Shown: positions 32,830-48,689 of the stretch, one piece after another
Position numbering within the stretch: the first letter of the stretch is position 1
Layout of the letters: each line of letters begins with the position of its first letter
From: the human T2T-CHM13v2.0 reference genome, Homo sapiens
Strand: one strand, 5' to 3'
DNA: 64,000 nucleotides
Assembly: GCF_009914755.1 (NCBI RefSeq)
Contig: NC_060930.1
Notes under the pieces: model-generated
Told to the model about the DNA's origin: nothing
Seen by the model: the letters and a program-made list of their open reading frames with translations, nothing else
The model's database searches: none
Translations under genes and position numbers: made by a program

Positions 32830-33610
32830 AAAATTATATGCTATGTCCACAATGAGACACCACTTCACACTCATTAAGATGGACATTATATTCTTTTTTT
32901 TAAAAAAAAAAACAAAACAAAAATGGAAAATAGCAAGTGTTGGTGGAGATGGGGAAACGAGAACCTATGTGCATCGTTGGTGGGAACGTAAAATGATGCA
33001 GCTGCATGGAAAACATTTTGGCAGTTCCTCAAAATGTGAAATACAGAATTACCACATGACTCAGCAATTCCACGTCTGGATATCTACCACAAAGCACTGA
33101 AAGCAGGGACTCAGATATTCCACACCCGTGTTCATAGCAGCATTGTGCACACGAGCCAAAAGGTGTCAACAACCCAATGATCATCAACAGATGAATAAAC
33201 TTTAAAAATGTGGTATATCCTTATGACGAGCTATTATTCATCCCCCTCTCCTTACAAAGGAATGACATTCTGTTACATGCTATGACATTGATAAATCTTC
33301 AAACATTATGCTAAGTGAAAGAAGCCAGACACAAAAGAACAATATCATATGATTCCCCTTCTATGAGGAATCTAGAATAGTCAAATTTGGAGAGAGCGTA
33401 GAACAGGCGTTAGCAGGAGCTGGGAGGACGGGGCAATGGGAGTTGTTTAACGGTTCCAGAATTTCAGTTTGGTATGATGGAAACATTCTGGAGACAGATG
33501 GTGGTGATGGTTGAACAAGAATGTGCCACTTAACCGTGCACGTAAAAATGATTAAGATGGTAAATTTCATATTATGCATATTTTGTCACCAGTCAAAAAT
33601 TTTTAAAAAT
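32830..33610 (+). mobile_element. L1MB-type 3' end
   Basis: cacaatgagacaccacttcacac...atgctaagtgaaagaagccagacacaaaag...atggtaaatttcat. Confidence 0.88.
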
Positions 33611-33621
33611 AAGTATGTCAT

Positions 33622-33921
33622 GGCTGGGCGCGTTGGCTCACGCCTGTAATCCCAGCACTTTGGGAGGCTGAGGCGCGCAGATCACAAGGTCAGGAGATCA
33701 AGACCATCCTGGCTAACACGGTGAAACCCTGTCTCTACTAAAAAATAGAAAAAATTAGCCGGGCGTGGTGGTGGGCACGTGTAGTCCCAGCTACTCGAGA
33801 GGCTGAGACAGGAGAATGGCGTGAACCTGGGAGGCAGGCTTGCAGTGAGCTGAGATCGCACCACTGCACTCCAGCCTGGGTGACAGAGCGAGACTCTGTC
33901 TCAAATAAATAAATAAATAAA
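33622..33921 (+). mobile_element. AluY
   Basis: ggctaacacggtg and gaatggcgtgaacc diagnostics; (taaa)n tail; TSD tatgtcat. Confidence 0.93.
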
Positions 33922-34852
33922 TATGTCATGATCTTAAAAGTTTGTGAACAAACTGCATTTCTGTTTTGAAACCACACAGCGCCCCGCTCCCTCATCTGCT
34001 TGGAGCTACAAGGATCTCTGAGATACCTGCTGGCATTAGCCTGTATTCCAGGACTGGACGTCAGGGCATCCTTTAAGCCCTTAAAGCTGTATGCCCTTTC
34101 TCACATCCGCAAAGGGGACTGTGAGCTGTAAAAAGTGAGGCAGCAGTATCTTAGTGTCACTGCTCTATCATGTCATTGCTCACTGAAGACTGAAAGCTGG
34201 CCGATATCCCTGTATGCCTCTTCTCCCCTGATTCTGTCATCAGGTTATGTCAGTTCCACCCTCTGAATCAGGGACTGGAAAACCTTGACGATGCGCGGCC
34301 ACCTAGTAAATCGTGTGGCTTTGCGGGCCATACACCTCTGTGGCCATTACTCAGCTCTACCTCTGCAGGCTGAAAGCAACCACAGATAATTTGTAACCAG
34401 TGGGTGTGGGTGGCTGTGTCCTGATCAAGCCTCAAATATGCCTGCTGCAGGCCTCTGGGTATGTGTTCCCTCTGCTCTGTTAGAGTACTTTCCACACCAG
34501 CCACCGCTCCTCCGCAAGGCACTGTCACCTGTTTTCTAATGCAGTGGTTCTTATACTCGAGCGTGCGCATCACATTCACCCGGAGTTCCCAGATGCTGCT
34601 GATGCTGCTGGTCCAGGAACCACACTTCCAGAAGCACTGGCCTCACCCATCTTTCAGGTCTCTCCTTCCATGTCACCTCCTTAAGGCTCTCCCCACTCCA
34701 ACCCCATACCCTCTGCCTCTCCTCTGTGCCTCCTTAGCACCCTGCTCCAACATTCTCATCCACACACCGTTCAGGAACCGTTTCCTCGACTATCCTCCAA
34801 GGCTCCAATTAGTCTAACACCAGCCACCCCCGCATGCCTTCACCATGGTGGG

Positions 34853-35411
34853 CATGATGGTTAATACTGAGTGTCAACTTGATTGGATTGAAGGATGCAA
34901 AGTATTATTCTTGGTTGTGTCTGTGAGGGTGTTGCCAAAGGAGATAAACATTTGGGTCATGGGCTTGGAGAGGAAGACCCACCCTCAATCTGGGTGGGCA
35001 CAATCTAATCAGCTGCCAGCGAGGCTAGAATGAAAGCAGGCAGAAGAACGTAGAAGGACTAGACTGGCTGAGTCTTCTGGCCTTCATCTTTTTCTCGTGC
35101 TGGATGCTTCCTGCCCTCGAACACCCGACTTGAAGTTCTTCAGCTTTTGGACTCTTGGACCTACACTAATGGTTGGCCAGGGCTCTTGGGCCTTTGGCCA
35201 CAGGCTGAAGGCTGCACTGTCGGCTTCCCTACTTTTGAGGTCTTGGGACTCAGACTGGTCAACCACTGGCTTCCTTGCTCCTCAGCTTGCAGGTGGCCTA
35301 TTGTAGGACTTGACCTTTTGATCATGTGAGTCAATATTCCTTAATAAACTCCCCTTCATATATACATCTATCCTATTAGTCCTGTCTGTCTAGAGAACCC
35401 TGACTAATACA
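34853..35411 (+). mobile_element. MLT2A (probably MLT2A2) ERVL solo LTR
   Basis: tgatggttaatactgagtgtcaacttgattggattgaagg...gagaaccctgactaataca; 5-bp TSD gtggg; 559 bp. Confidence 0.92.
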
Positions 35412-36599
35412 GTGGGTCCCCTAACTGCTACTTCCTTAGGCAATCATTCCTAAACTCTCAGCAAAGCCACTTCCGGCTGCTGCAATCCTTGTTTTCACGT
35501 GTTTTCGTCATTAGACCGTAAACTCCGATGCTGCTTAGAGACTGAAGTTCACAACCCCTTGGGTTTCTAGGGTGCTGTCCGTCCTTGGTTGGTTACTGTT
35601 CTTATCTTGTGTCCATCTCTTGCAGTTTGTCTTCCTTACAAGCTGGTTATTAAAAGGCAAAGGATTTCTGGATCATTTTCTAGATTTTGGATGTGATGAT
35701 AAAAAACTGAACTCATTACGGAGGGACATAAAATAATGTTGTGGTATCTGCAAAGAATCTGCCCCTTGAGATTCCATTTCAAACATACTTTCTCACGTGA
35801 GATTATTAACTCCTGTTACTTCTCGGGTCAGGAAGTACAAGTATAATATATTGTGTGAGATGTTAAAGACACTTGCTATATGGGAAGGCCTCTAAACATT
35901 CATATCCAATTATCCAAAACTAATTAAAGATTGTCTTAGGCTCAATCTCAAGGAAACACCTCGGTAGTCTCTGGATTTACTGGAAGAGGTGTGTATTTAC
36001 AAAGACAACAATTTTGTTGAAACCAGCCTAAATCAATCGTAGGAAGGACAAGGAGATCAGCTGTACACATCGGCCAAGATAAGAATTCTCTCTGCAATAA
36101 ATGTTTGTTTTAAAATTAGGGGTATGACTCACACTCGGTGAATGGGTGGCTGACTTCTGACCCTCAAAAGATGAATGGCTCATTTTGAAAAGCCCAGCAA
36201 GTGGGAAGCCTACTTTCTACCTCCACTGACTTCAGAATGAGGCTGCAGTGTAGTGGAGCCCAAGATGGCCCCGAGTTGTTTCCAGTCACTAGCAAGATGG
36301 ACAATGGGATGACTCGCTACCTGCAGCTGTTTTCAATAAAAAAGCTGAGTAATTACAGCAGCCTCTCCTGGGGCTCACATGCGGCCCAGCACAAAGCCAA
36401 TGGAACATTAAGGACACTGAATGAGCTGCCAGAAGCCCTTCAGCATTGGGCTGCCAAACTGCTCCTCCTCCCCCAGCTCAGCGTCATTAACTTAATCAGG
36501 TATTCATTCAATAAAAAAAAATTGACACTCCCTGGATGTAGGCAACACCCTCTGAATGAGGCACACTGTCAAATTGACTGCATCCGGCAGGAAGTGTGA

Positions 36600-36927
<328 letters not shown>

Positions 36928-37212
36928 TATTTAATTTATTTTTAAATTTAGGGGCTGGGAAGATGGGAATCCTCCTCTATGCAGTAATCCTTGGACATGC
37001 AGTGGAAGAGAGGTTATAGTGAGCAGCTGCTGGTCACAGACTAAAGAGAAGAAACACCTTGCTCCCTCTTTGCATTTAGAAGCATTAACACTTGATAATA
37101 TCGTTCTGACTCCTGAGCAGGAAGCACATAGTTGATTCAGTGTCATGTTAGACCGGGCTAACTGGCATTTGATAACTCGTGACTTTAGGAAAGTCTTTCA
37201 ATTTTCTCTCCC

Positions 37213-38923
37213 TCTTTTTTGTCGCCGGGTCTCACTCTGTCACCCAGGCTGGAGTGTAGTGAGAGGTGACAGCATACTGGCAGCCCTCACAGCCCTCACT
37301 TGCTCTCTGCGCCTCCTCTGCCTGGGCTCCCACTTTGGCGGCTCTTGAGGAGCCCTTCACCCCGCCGCTGCACTGTGGGACCTCTTTCTGGGCTGGCCAA
37401 GGCCAGAGCCGGCTCCCTCAGCTTGCGCGGAGGTGTGGAAGGAGAGGCGCGGGTGGGAACCCGGGCTGCGCGCGTTGCTTGTGGGCCAGCGCGCGTTCCA
37501 GGTGGCTGTGGGCTCCGTGGGCCCCGCACTCGGAGCAGCGGCGGACCCCGCCGGCCCTAGGGCAGTGAGGGGCTTAGCAGTTGGGCCAGCAGCCGCTGTG
37601 CTCAATTTCTCGCCAGGCCTTAGCTGCCTTCTGGCGGGCAGGGCTCGGGACCTGCAGCCCGCCATGCCTGAACCTCCCCCTGCCCCTCCGTGGGCTCCTG
37701 TGCAGCCAGAGCCTCCCCGACGAGCGCCGCCCCCTGCTCCACAGCGCCCAGTCCCATCGACCACCCAAGGACTGAGGAGTGCGGGCGCACGGCACTGGCA
37801 GGCAGCTCCACCTACTGCCTCTGTGAAGATCCACTAGGTGAAGCCAGCTGGGCTCCTGAGTCTGGTGGGGCCTTGGAGAACCTTTATGTCTAGCTAAGGG
37901 ATTTTAAATACACCAATCAGCACTCTATATCTAGCTCAAGGTTTGTAAACACACCAATCAGCACCCTGTGTCTAGCTCAGGGTTTGTGAATGCACCAATC
38001 CACACTCTGTAACTAGCTACTCTGGTGGGGACTTGGAGAACCTTTATGTCTAGCTAAGGGATTGTAAATACACCAATCGGCACTCTGTATCTAGCTCAAG
38101 GTTTGTAAACACACCAATCAGCACCCTGTGTCTAGCTCAGGGTTTGTGAATGCACCAATCCACACTCTGTATCTAGCTACTCTGGTGGGGACTTGGAGAA
38201 CCTTTGTGTCGACACTCTTTATTTAGCTAATCTAGTGGGGCCCTGGAGAACCTTTGTGTCTAGCTCAGGGATTGTAAATGCACCAATCAGTACCCTGTCA
38301 AAACAGACCACTGGGCTCTCTGTAAAATGGACCAATCAGCAGAACATGGGTAGGGCCAGATAAGAGAATAAAAGCAGGCTGCCCGAGCCAGCAGTGGTAA
38401 CCTTCTCCGATCCCTTTCCACACTGTGGAAGCTTTGTTCTTTTTGTCTTTGCAATAAATCTTGCTGCTGCTGTTCACTCTTTGGATCTATACTGCCTGTA
38501 TGAGCTATAACACTCACCGGAAAGGTCTGCAGCTTCATTCCTGAAGCCAGTGAGACCATGAACCCACAGGGAGGAATGAACAACTCCAGACATGCCGCTT
38601 TAAGAACTGTAACACTCACCGCAAGGGTCCACGGCTTAATTCTTGAAGTCAGTGAGACCAAGAACGCACCTAATTCTGGACACAGTAGCACAACCATAGT
38701 TTACTGTAGCCTCGACCTCCCTGTGCTCAAGTGATCCTCAGCTTCCTTAGTAGCTGGGATTACAGACTTGTGCCGCCACATCTAGCTACATTTTAAACTT
38801 TTTTATTCAGATAGGGTTTCATCACGCTGTGCAGGCTGGTCTCAAACTCCTGGGCTTAAGCGATCCTCCCATTTTGGCTTTCCATAGTGTTAGAATTACA
38901 GATATGAGCCACAGCACCGGGCC
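37213..38923 (-). mobile_element. AluJ split by an LTR12 insertion (37213-37259 and 38685-38923)
   Basis: Alu sequence is continuous across the LTR once the TSD gtag is removed. Confidence 0.88.
37260..38684 (+). mobile_element. LTR12C-like (ERV9) solo LTR
   Basis: tgagaggtgacagc...ctggacaca; GC-rich 5' U3; tandem tctagct...caccaatc repeats; gataagagaataaaagc promoter; 4-bp TSD gtag. Confidence 0.95.
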
Positions 38924-38974
38924 CATTCAACTTTCTAAGCTTTGATTTCCTCTTTAAGAAAATGAAGATAGTAT

Positions 38975-39266
38975 GGCGAGGCACGGTGGCTCACACATAT
39001 AATCCCAGCACTTTCAGAGGCCGAGGGGGGGCAGATCATGTGAGATCCAGAGTTCGAGACCAGCCTGGTCAATGTGGCAAAGCCCCGTCTCTACTAAAAA
39101 TACAAAAAAAAATAGCCGGGCTTGGTGGTGAGTGCCTGTAATTCCAGGGAGGCTGAGGCAGAAGAATCACTTGAACCCGCGAGGTGGAGGTTGCAGCGAA
39201 CCAAGATTGTACCATTGCACTCTAGCCTGGGCGACAGGAGTGAAACTCTGCCTTAGAAAAAAAAAA
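38975..39266 (+). mobile_element. AluS inserted in a MIR
   Basis: Alu consensus; TSD aaaatgaagatagta. Confidence 0.9.
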
Positions 39267-39781
39267 ATGAAGATAGTAATACGCCTTATTTCATGAAGTT
39301 GTTATGAGAATTGCATGGGACAATTCAGTGCCTAGCATGCAAGCAGGCAGTAGTGCCTCAAAAAATGCTACCTCTCATGATGAACTGCTTTCCAGTTCAA
39401 ACTACCTCCTATGACTGCTGCAGCAAACAGCACAGGCCTGGGATCTAGGCCACCTGATTTGGAATCCTGGTGGCCTTACTCCTCAGCTGTGTATATCTGA
39501 TGCAAGTTAATTAATTTCTCTGATCTAAGTACTAACCAGGCCTAACTAATTCATTTCTCTGTGCCTCAGTTTGCTCATCTCCAAAGTGGGAATAATACTA
39601 GTTCCTACCCCACAGGCTTGCTGTGAGTTCACACATAAGAAGAATTTAGATGAGGGCCTGGCGTACTCAAGACCTACAATTACTGGCTGTGGTTGTTCCG
39701 ATTATTTTCTAAGAAAGGCCCTCTTCTCTACCTCCTTCACTGTGGTCCTATTTTCATCTGCATAAAAAAATCACATTTTCA

Positions 39782-40198
<417 letters not shown>

Positions 40199-41358
40199 TC
40201 ACTTCCCTTCATGAGGCATTTCAAGTCTTACCGGTTCAGAAAGTTTACTAAGTCTCTAAAATTGTCTTCTTTTAGAAAATACTCCACACTAGTGCACTGA
40301 TTTTTTTTTCCCCCTAAACTGGACCAAAGCCTTGTTTGCAGAACAAATGGTCAATTACATCTACATTCAAAAATAAAATTCAAATGTGCTCATGTTTTCA
40401 ATTTAAGTATGTCTGTTGTTTGCTGTTTATTCCTTTGGTATAAATAGAAGCTTTCTGGCTTATTTGAACGCAGAACACATAGTACACTGTTTAGATACAA
40501 TTATTCATTATAAATTAAATCAATGCTTTTCCTTTTTAGAATACCATGCCCTAACTAGAATCTCTACAACATTATAAAAACATAAAATATGACTAACGAT
40601 TTAATTTAAGGCCCTAATTCCCAATGAAAGATAAATAATGCTGCTGTAGGCACCAATGACTGTAATCTAAACAGGCAATAAAATATTTAATGGACAAGCG
40701 GAAATGCAAAAAAAGTAAGGCAGTCTCCTGTTTACAACAAAGCTCATTTTCTATACTAGCACTGTGGACGTGGAAGATGCAGTTAACCTCTGTAAGCCTC
40801 AGTTTCCTCATCTGGAATATGTGAATGATGATAATACGTTTTCAAAAGATTGTTGAGATGAAATAAAAGCAACTATAATGCCTAGCATAAGAAAAAAAAT
40901 CCAGGTGTGTTCTTCTTCCTGAACTTCAGTCTCAGCTCAAGAGTCTGTGAGGAATTTCCACTTGGATGCTTACCACCCCTCTCAAATCAGCATGCACTCC
41001 GGTTCCATATTTCTGCTAACGGTTTTGCACCATTTCTCCAAGCATAGGCCAGAGCCTGATATTTGATACCTCTCTCGCACTTCACTCCTATATCCAGCGA
41101 CTCCCCTAATTGTGTCAGTCTTTCTTCAAAATGTCTCAACTCTTGGGGTGAAGCTTGAAGTCTCTCTTTTTCCCATATTTACTGTGTAGGAAAGAATTTG
41201 GCTTTGGCCAAAGACGGGTCTGCCCTTTGCCCTTGGCTCCTGGGAAATGATCTATGTGATATCTGATAGTGGTGTCCCTATTTGTGGGGAGGGAAGGATT
41301 TTCAGTCACAGCAAATCACCGAACCCAAGCCTTGGTTTCCTCATTTTAAAATGGGAAT

Positions 41359-41660
41359 TGGCTGGGTGTGGTGGCTCACACCTGTAATCCCAGCACTTCA
41401 GGAGGCCGAGGCAGGAGGACTATGTGAGGCCAGGAATTCGAGACCAGCCTGGGTAACAAAGTGAGGCCTGTCTCTACAAAATAATAAAAAAATTTAGGCA
41501 GGTGTGGTGGTGCATGCTTGCAGTCCCAGCAACTTGGGAGGCTGAGGTGGGAGGATTGCTTGAGCCTAGCCTGGGAGATCAAAGCTGCATTGAGCTGAGA
41601 TCGCGGCACTGCACTCCAACCTGGGAGACAGAACAAGACCCTGTCTCAAAAAATAAAGAA
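41359..41660 (+). mobile_element. AluJ inserted in a MIR
   Basis: Alu consensus flanked by MIR core. Confidence 0.9.
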
Positions 41661-41964
41661 AATGGAGATAATAACACGTACCCTACAGGGTTAGGGTGAT
41701 GACTAAATGAGATGCATTCAACAAATGTGAGGTAGAAAAAACTTCTCTTATTCAGCAGGAACTTTATCAATGTTCATTTCTTTTTCTTTTATAATTATGA
41801 GAACATGAAGGAAATGGGCAGAGGATTCCAGCAGAATTCTGCCAAGATTTTCAGTCTTTTCCTGATTGGCAGCAGAGCATTTCCATTTTCATTTTGAGTT
41901 TTGCTGGTATTCTTCTACTAAGAAACCAATTTTTCCCCCAGTGAATGTTTTTTTAATTTCAGGG

Positions 41965-42263
41965 TTTTTTTTTTTTTTTTGAAACAAGGTCTCACTCTGT
42001 CATACAGGCTGGAGTGCAGTGGCCCAATCTTGGCTCACTGTAGCTTCGACCTCCCAGGCTCAAGCCATCCACCCACCTCTGCCTCTTGAGTTGCTGGGAC
42101 TACAGGCGCATGCCACCACGCCCAGCTAATTTTTGTAGTTTTTGTAGAGACGGGGTTTCACCATGTTGTCCAGGCTTGTCTTGAACTCTTGGGCTCAAGA
42201 GATCTGCCTGTCTCAGCCTCCCAAAGTGTTGGGATAACAGGCATGAGCTACCACACCCAGCCC
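41965..42263 (-). mobile_element. AluJ
   Basis: Alu consensus. Confidence 0.9.
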
Positions 42264-43235
42264 ATTCTTGAGTATGCTGGATCAATATTTCTCCTTGTAA
42301 TGTAATTCCAACAGAAGGGAAACCAGGCCTCCTTTCAGTATCGCAGCTTGAGCCTGTCAGCATCCCCTGATTTCAGAACGTAGGCTACAAACAGTCCCAG
42401 ATGTGTGCTGACGGTACTACATTCCTGGTCTTTCACAGCATTTACTTTGGATTGGGAAATGGGAAGTGAGGTCTCTCTTTCAGTATGAGATTATTTCTTA
42501 GAACAGGTTAGTTTGGCCTTTGCTAAAATATAAATAAGCAGAGGCTTCCATCAGAAAAACATCTGAGTGTTAAGTAGATAAATGCATCCCTTCAACATTG
42601 AGACATTTTATCTCCACATCTGATGCACTCTTATTTTTTCATCAGGACACGTTCCAGAAACTTGGATCTTTTTCCCTGCTATAGTTTCGCGAATAATATA
42701 GTTTGCTTCTATTTTGCTCTGGTTAACCCAAGGGATGGTGGGTGGGATGATGAAAAGCAGCAATAAGGCAGTGACTGAGTCTCAATCTATAACGTTTCCA
42801 ACGTAGAAGATAAAATGAACCCATAATAAACATATTTGGGAAAATATACAAAGAACTTCACAGAAAGCTCTCAACGGAGAGCCTGAAGGGACCAGCCAGG
42901 GAGTCTAATGCAAGCCAGGAACAGCCAGGCATGAGTAATGCCTTAGATGGGTGGGTTTTGTTTTCTTTCACAGCTGATTTGAAACTTCCCTCAATGACAC
43001 TGTAGAAGATAATGTTTTAACAAAACGCATGGATTTACAAGCTTCCTCACACTCAAGCCGACAGAGCATCACACGAGGCTCTGTCTGGTAGTCTCCACAT
43101 CTCAGGCTGGGCTGGATGGAAGGAAATGATCACAGCAAGGGAATTTAAAGGAAATGACCACAGCAAGGCACATCGAGGGCTCCCTTTGTGGCTCAAAAGA
43201 AGCATCATGGCAGAGTTATTGTCAGATTTCAGTAC

Positions 43236-43764
43236 AATAGTCCCCGCCTTATCCATGAGGAATAGGTTCCAAGACCCCCAGTGGGTTCCTGAAACCCACT
43301 GGATAGTACCAAACCCTATGTACGCTATGTTTTTTTCCTATATATACATACCTACGATAAAGTTTGATTTATACATTAGGCACAGTATGAGATTAATGAT
43401 AATAGCTAATAATAAAATAGAACGATTGTAACAGTATGCCAGCATCACTAAGTGCTTTGGGACCATCATTAAGTAAAATAAAGGTGACTTGAACACAAGC
43501 ACTTCCATCCCACCACAGTGGATCTAAGCACCAAGATGGCCGCTAGGTGACTCACCGGCGGGGAGCGCTGCGCAGCGGACAAGCTGGAGAAAGGGACGAT
43601 TCACGTCTGCGTTAGGATGGGGTAAGGCGTGAGATTTTATCATGCTACTGAGAACAGCACGCAACTTAAAACTTAGGAACTGTTTATTTCTGGAATTTTC
43701 CATTTCATACTTTCAGTCTGCAGTTGGCCTCAGAAATCAACCTGCGGATAACGGGGGACGTCTG
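43236..43764 (+). mobile_element. MER44B-like TcMar-Tigger element
   Basis: TIRs tagtccccgccttatcc and ggataacgggggac; internal gttccaagacccccagtgg...ggatagtacc. Confidence 0.88.
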
Positions 43765-43952
43765 GCTGCGGTGTTCTAGGAAAATACTCCACACTAAACT
43801 AAAGGAGGTGTCTCAACAAGGCTGAGAACGAGGTCTATGACAGAAATGTGCCAAGAAAGCAGAAAGGAAAAGCGCTCATAGAATGGGGAATGCTGCTGGT
43901 TGGTTAGTGGCTTCAGAAAGGTGTCTGATTCTCTTAACAAGCAATTACAGGA

Positions 43953-44280
<328 letters not shown>

Positions 44281-44524
44281 TTAAACTTGAAGCAGTGAAA
44301 AACAGCTTCGTCTACGAGAATAAATAAATAAAAACTGCTACAGGCATTATGCTTTAAGATCACAATCGTGCATGAGGACATTACAGTGAGGGTCCCCTGA
44401 GTCGATAATCAGAAATACATGTGATGCTGTAAAAATACACATCCTCTGTAGTTTCCCAAGATTGTGTAGGTCTGGGCTGGGACCTAGGAATCTGTATTTT
44501 AAAAATCTCTTTTGGTGATTCTGA

Positions 44525-45110
<586 letters not shown>

Positions 45111-46027
45111 CTTCTATTTTATAAAGCTGGGTTACACATGGAATTTGTTTGTATTAAACCAAGCTTTTCCCAGAAAACAAAATCGAGTCCTTTTAAACAA
45201 AGTTTTTAGATATTTAGAGGATAATATAATTATCTACACTTTGAGGGGTGAGAGCTCTAAAAAGAACCTTAGTTGCTTGGAGGCAACAAGTAGATCAAGA
45301 GGAAAGACCAACAGGTGCCTGACATCCTCTCTGGGTTGTTCTTCTGATTTGTGATGGGTACAAGAAATATTCATCACAAATGTCAGGTCTCAGATTTTCT
45401 GATATGCAAGAAACTCTACAGAGTGGAGCAGCAGCCATGTGGTCTTGTAGCCTATGGTCAGAGCACAGAAAATACCTCCAGCATAGCTGGAGACTGGCCA
45501 GAGGCCCTGACAGCTGCACACTGTGTCCTGTAACATATTTGACTTTAGGGCACCTTGCATTTCTGCATCACACTGTGCACATCTTTCTTTTTCTCCTCTC
45601 TTGGTGGAGAGGTATTTATTTTAATTACGAAGTCCTCTATTATGTATGGTGAACTGTTTAACTCTGGGGCAGTTGAACTGCCTCAAACTAGGCTGCATAA
45701 AACAGAAGGAAGGTCCACAGCCATCTTCCCTTGGACTGGCCTGGGCTTGCTTCAGTTTGCTGAGAGCAGAACCCAGCTTGGATGCCCACAGATGCCGCTG
45801 TACTTTTGCACAAACTTACATACAGAGCACCTAAAACCAGGGGCACCTAAAACCAGTAGTGGTAATCCAATTTTACGGAAAACTGCAGCAGGAATTTGCT
45901 GCCACCTTCCATTTTCCCCAGCACTAAGAACACCTACTTTTAGTGACAGGTGACTCATCTGCCACTCTTCTAGCAGGCTCTTCTAAGCGAAGACACAAAC
46001 AAGAGCAGTGTCGACCCTGATGGATGA

Positions 46028-46588
<561 letters not shown>

Positions 46589-47520
46589 TGAGAGCTCTGA
46601 AGTCATTACATCGAAGTAAGTAATTTAGACACATTGCCTCTAATATTCCTCTTGCTCACATCTGTGAAGTTTAGCAAATAAAGCAAATGTCTGAATTTCC
46701 TATCTCTGGACATACAGGGAAACACTGAAGAAGTGATGTCCTCTCTTCTTCCTACATTTCCTGCCCACGGCACTCTTTGCACAAAACCTCAGTAAAAAAT
46801 CGTGGCACAGGTCACGGATTTTCTTCCTCCTCCCTGCTTATTCTATGACTCAGAAGGTTCAAAGCAAAGGTTTTTGACCTAATTTGGCCTTAAGTCAGAA
46901 AAGGTTCCACTGCTGTCTCACACTGAGTTTCAAAGCAAAGAAGAAATGGAACAGGGCTGTATTTAATTCTGAATATAATCTCTTTGCTGTTGGCAATGTT
47001 ATGGGAATAGTAATGAATTTTTGCTTTCCATGAATAAATTTTTCAGAATCTAAAGTTGAGGCTCACATAATTGTTAGTATTTTCCCCACAGTGTTTTTCA
47101 ATTTTCCTTGGAAGGGAAGTAGACTGAATTACAATACCTCAGTTTCTCATTTTGTAAGCTGCCAAGAACAGTATGAACTGTCCTGGAACTAAAGAAACAT
47201 AAGGACAAATGATACCAGGAAAGCCGTTTGAAATTCTTTGGGGGAAAAGCATATAACTTATGCAGACCACCCTGGGTTATCCAGTTTTTAAAAATCCCTG
47301 CATACTAGACAAACTTCTTTTGGACCACGTTTCTTTCCTAAGAGAAGCTTGAAGACAGCAAACTAATTTTCAAATTAGGCATTTGTCAAACATTTTTAGG
47401 AAGATGAATCTTGAGCAAAACAAACTTTTGATTATATTCAAAAAACACCAAAAAAATTCTGGAGATCTAGATTGGGAAAGCAGGGGTCATATAAAAAGCT
47501 AATATGGAGGACTGTGGTGA

Positions 47521-48136
<616 letters not shown>

Positions 48137-48689
48137 TAAATGCTTAACCGAGTCCAGAATTTGATCTTTCTAACTCCACATCCATTACACTTTCCACTCT
48201 ACACCATGGCTCCCCGTGCAGAAGACTGCAATCCAATCAGCTCAGTTCCCAGAGGGTCTAGACTCAGGTAGCGACAATAAACATGGAAGAGAGACAAAAA
48301 ATTGGCAAGGCTCGAGGAATGATTGATGGAAGCTGGGTTGAACCAAAGGAGTGGGAGCTCTCAGGTGGGAATAGGAAAGGTACAACTGCAATAAGATACA
48401 CAGAATGGACAGAGTGCTAAGCTAGAGGAGGGGCAGATAATAAAGCTCGTTAATAAAGATAGTAAGACCCATTTAGCTTTACGTGGCTCTAAGATAAACA
48501 TACAGGAACTCTCCTGAAAGGACCAAGAGTAGGTAAGGGAACGGGGTGACAGAAGCAGCACCAGTACCCGGGAGGGAAGCTGACACTGGGAGAAATATCC
48601 AAGAAAGGCAATCAAAAGGCAAGAAGAGCAAACACCTACCATAATTTTGGTTAGAGAGAGGAAAAGTAGTCAAGAAGGGCGAAGATGCA

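Noticed and set aside
37266-37893. Stack of overlapping ORFs and an apparent CpG-island promoter
   Set aside because: Explained by the GC-rich U3 of LTR12C.
37861-38340. CRISPR-like array of regularly spaced repeats
   Set aside because: These are the LTR12 enhancer repeats; there are no unique spacers and the context is eukaryotic.
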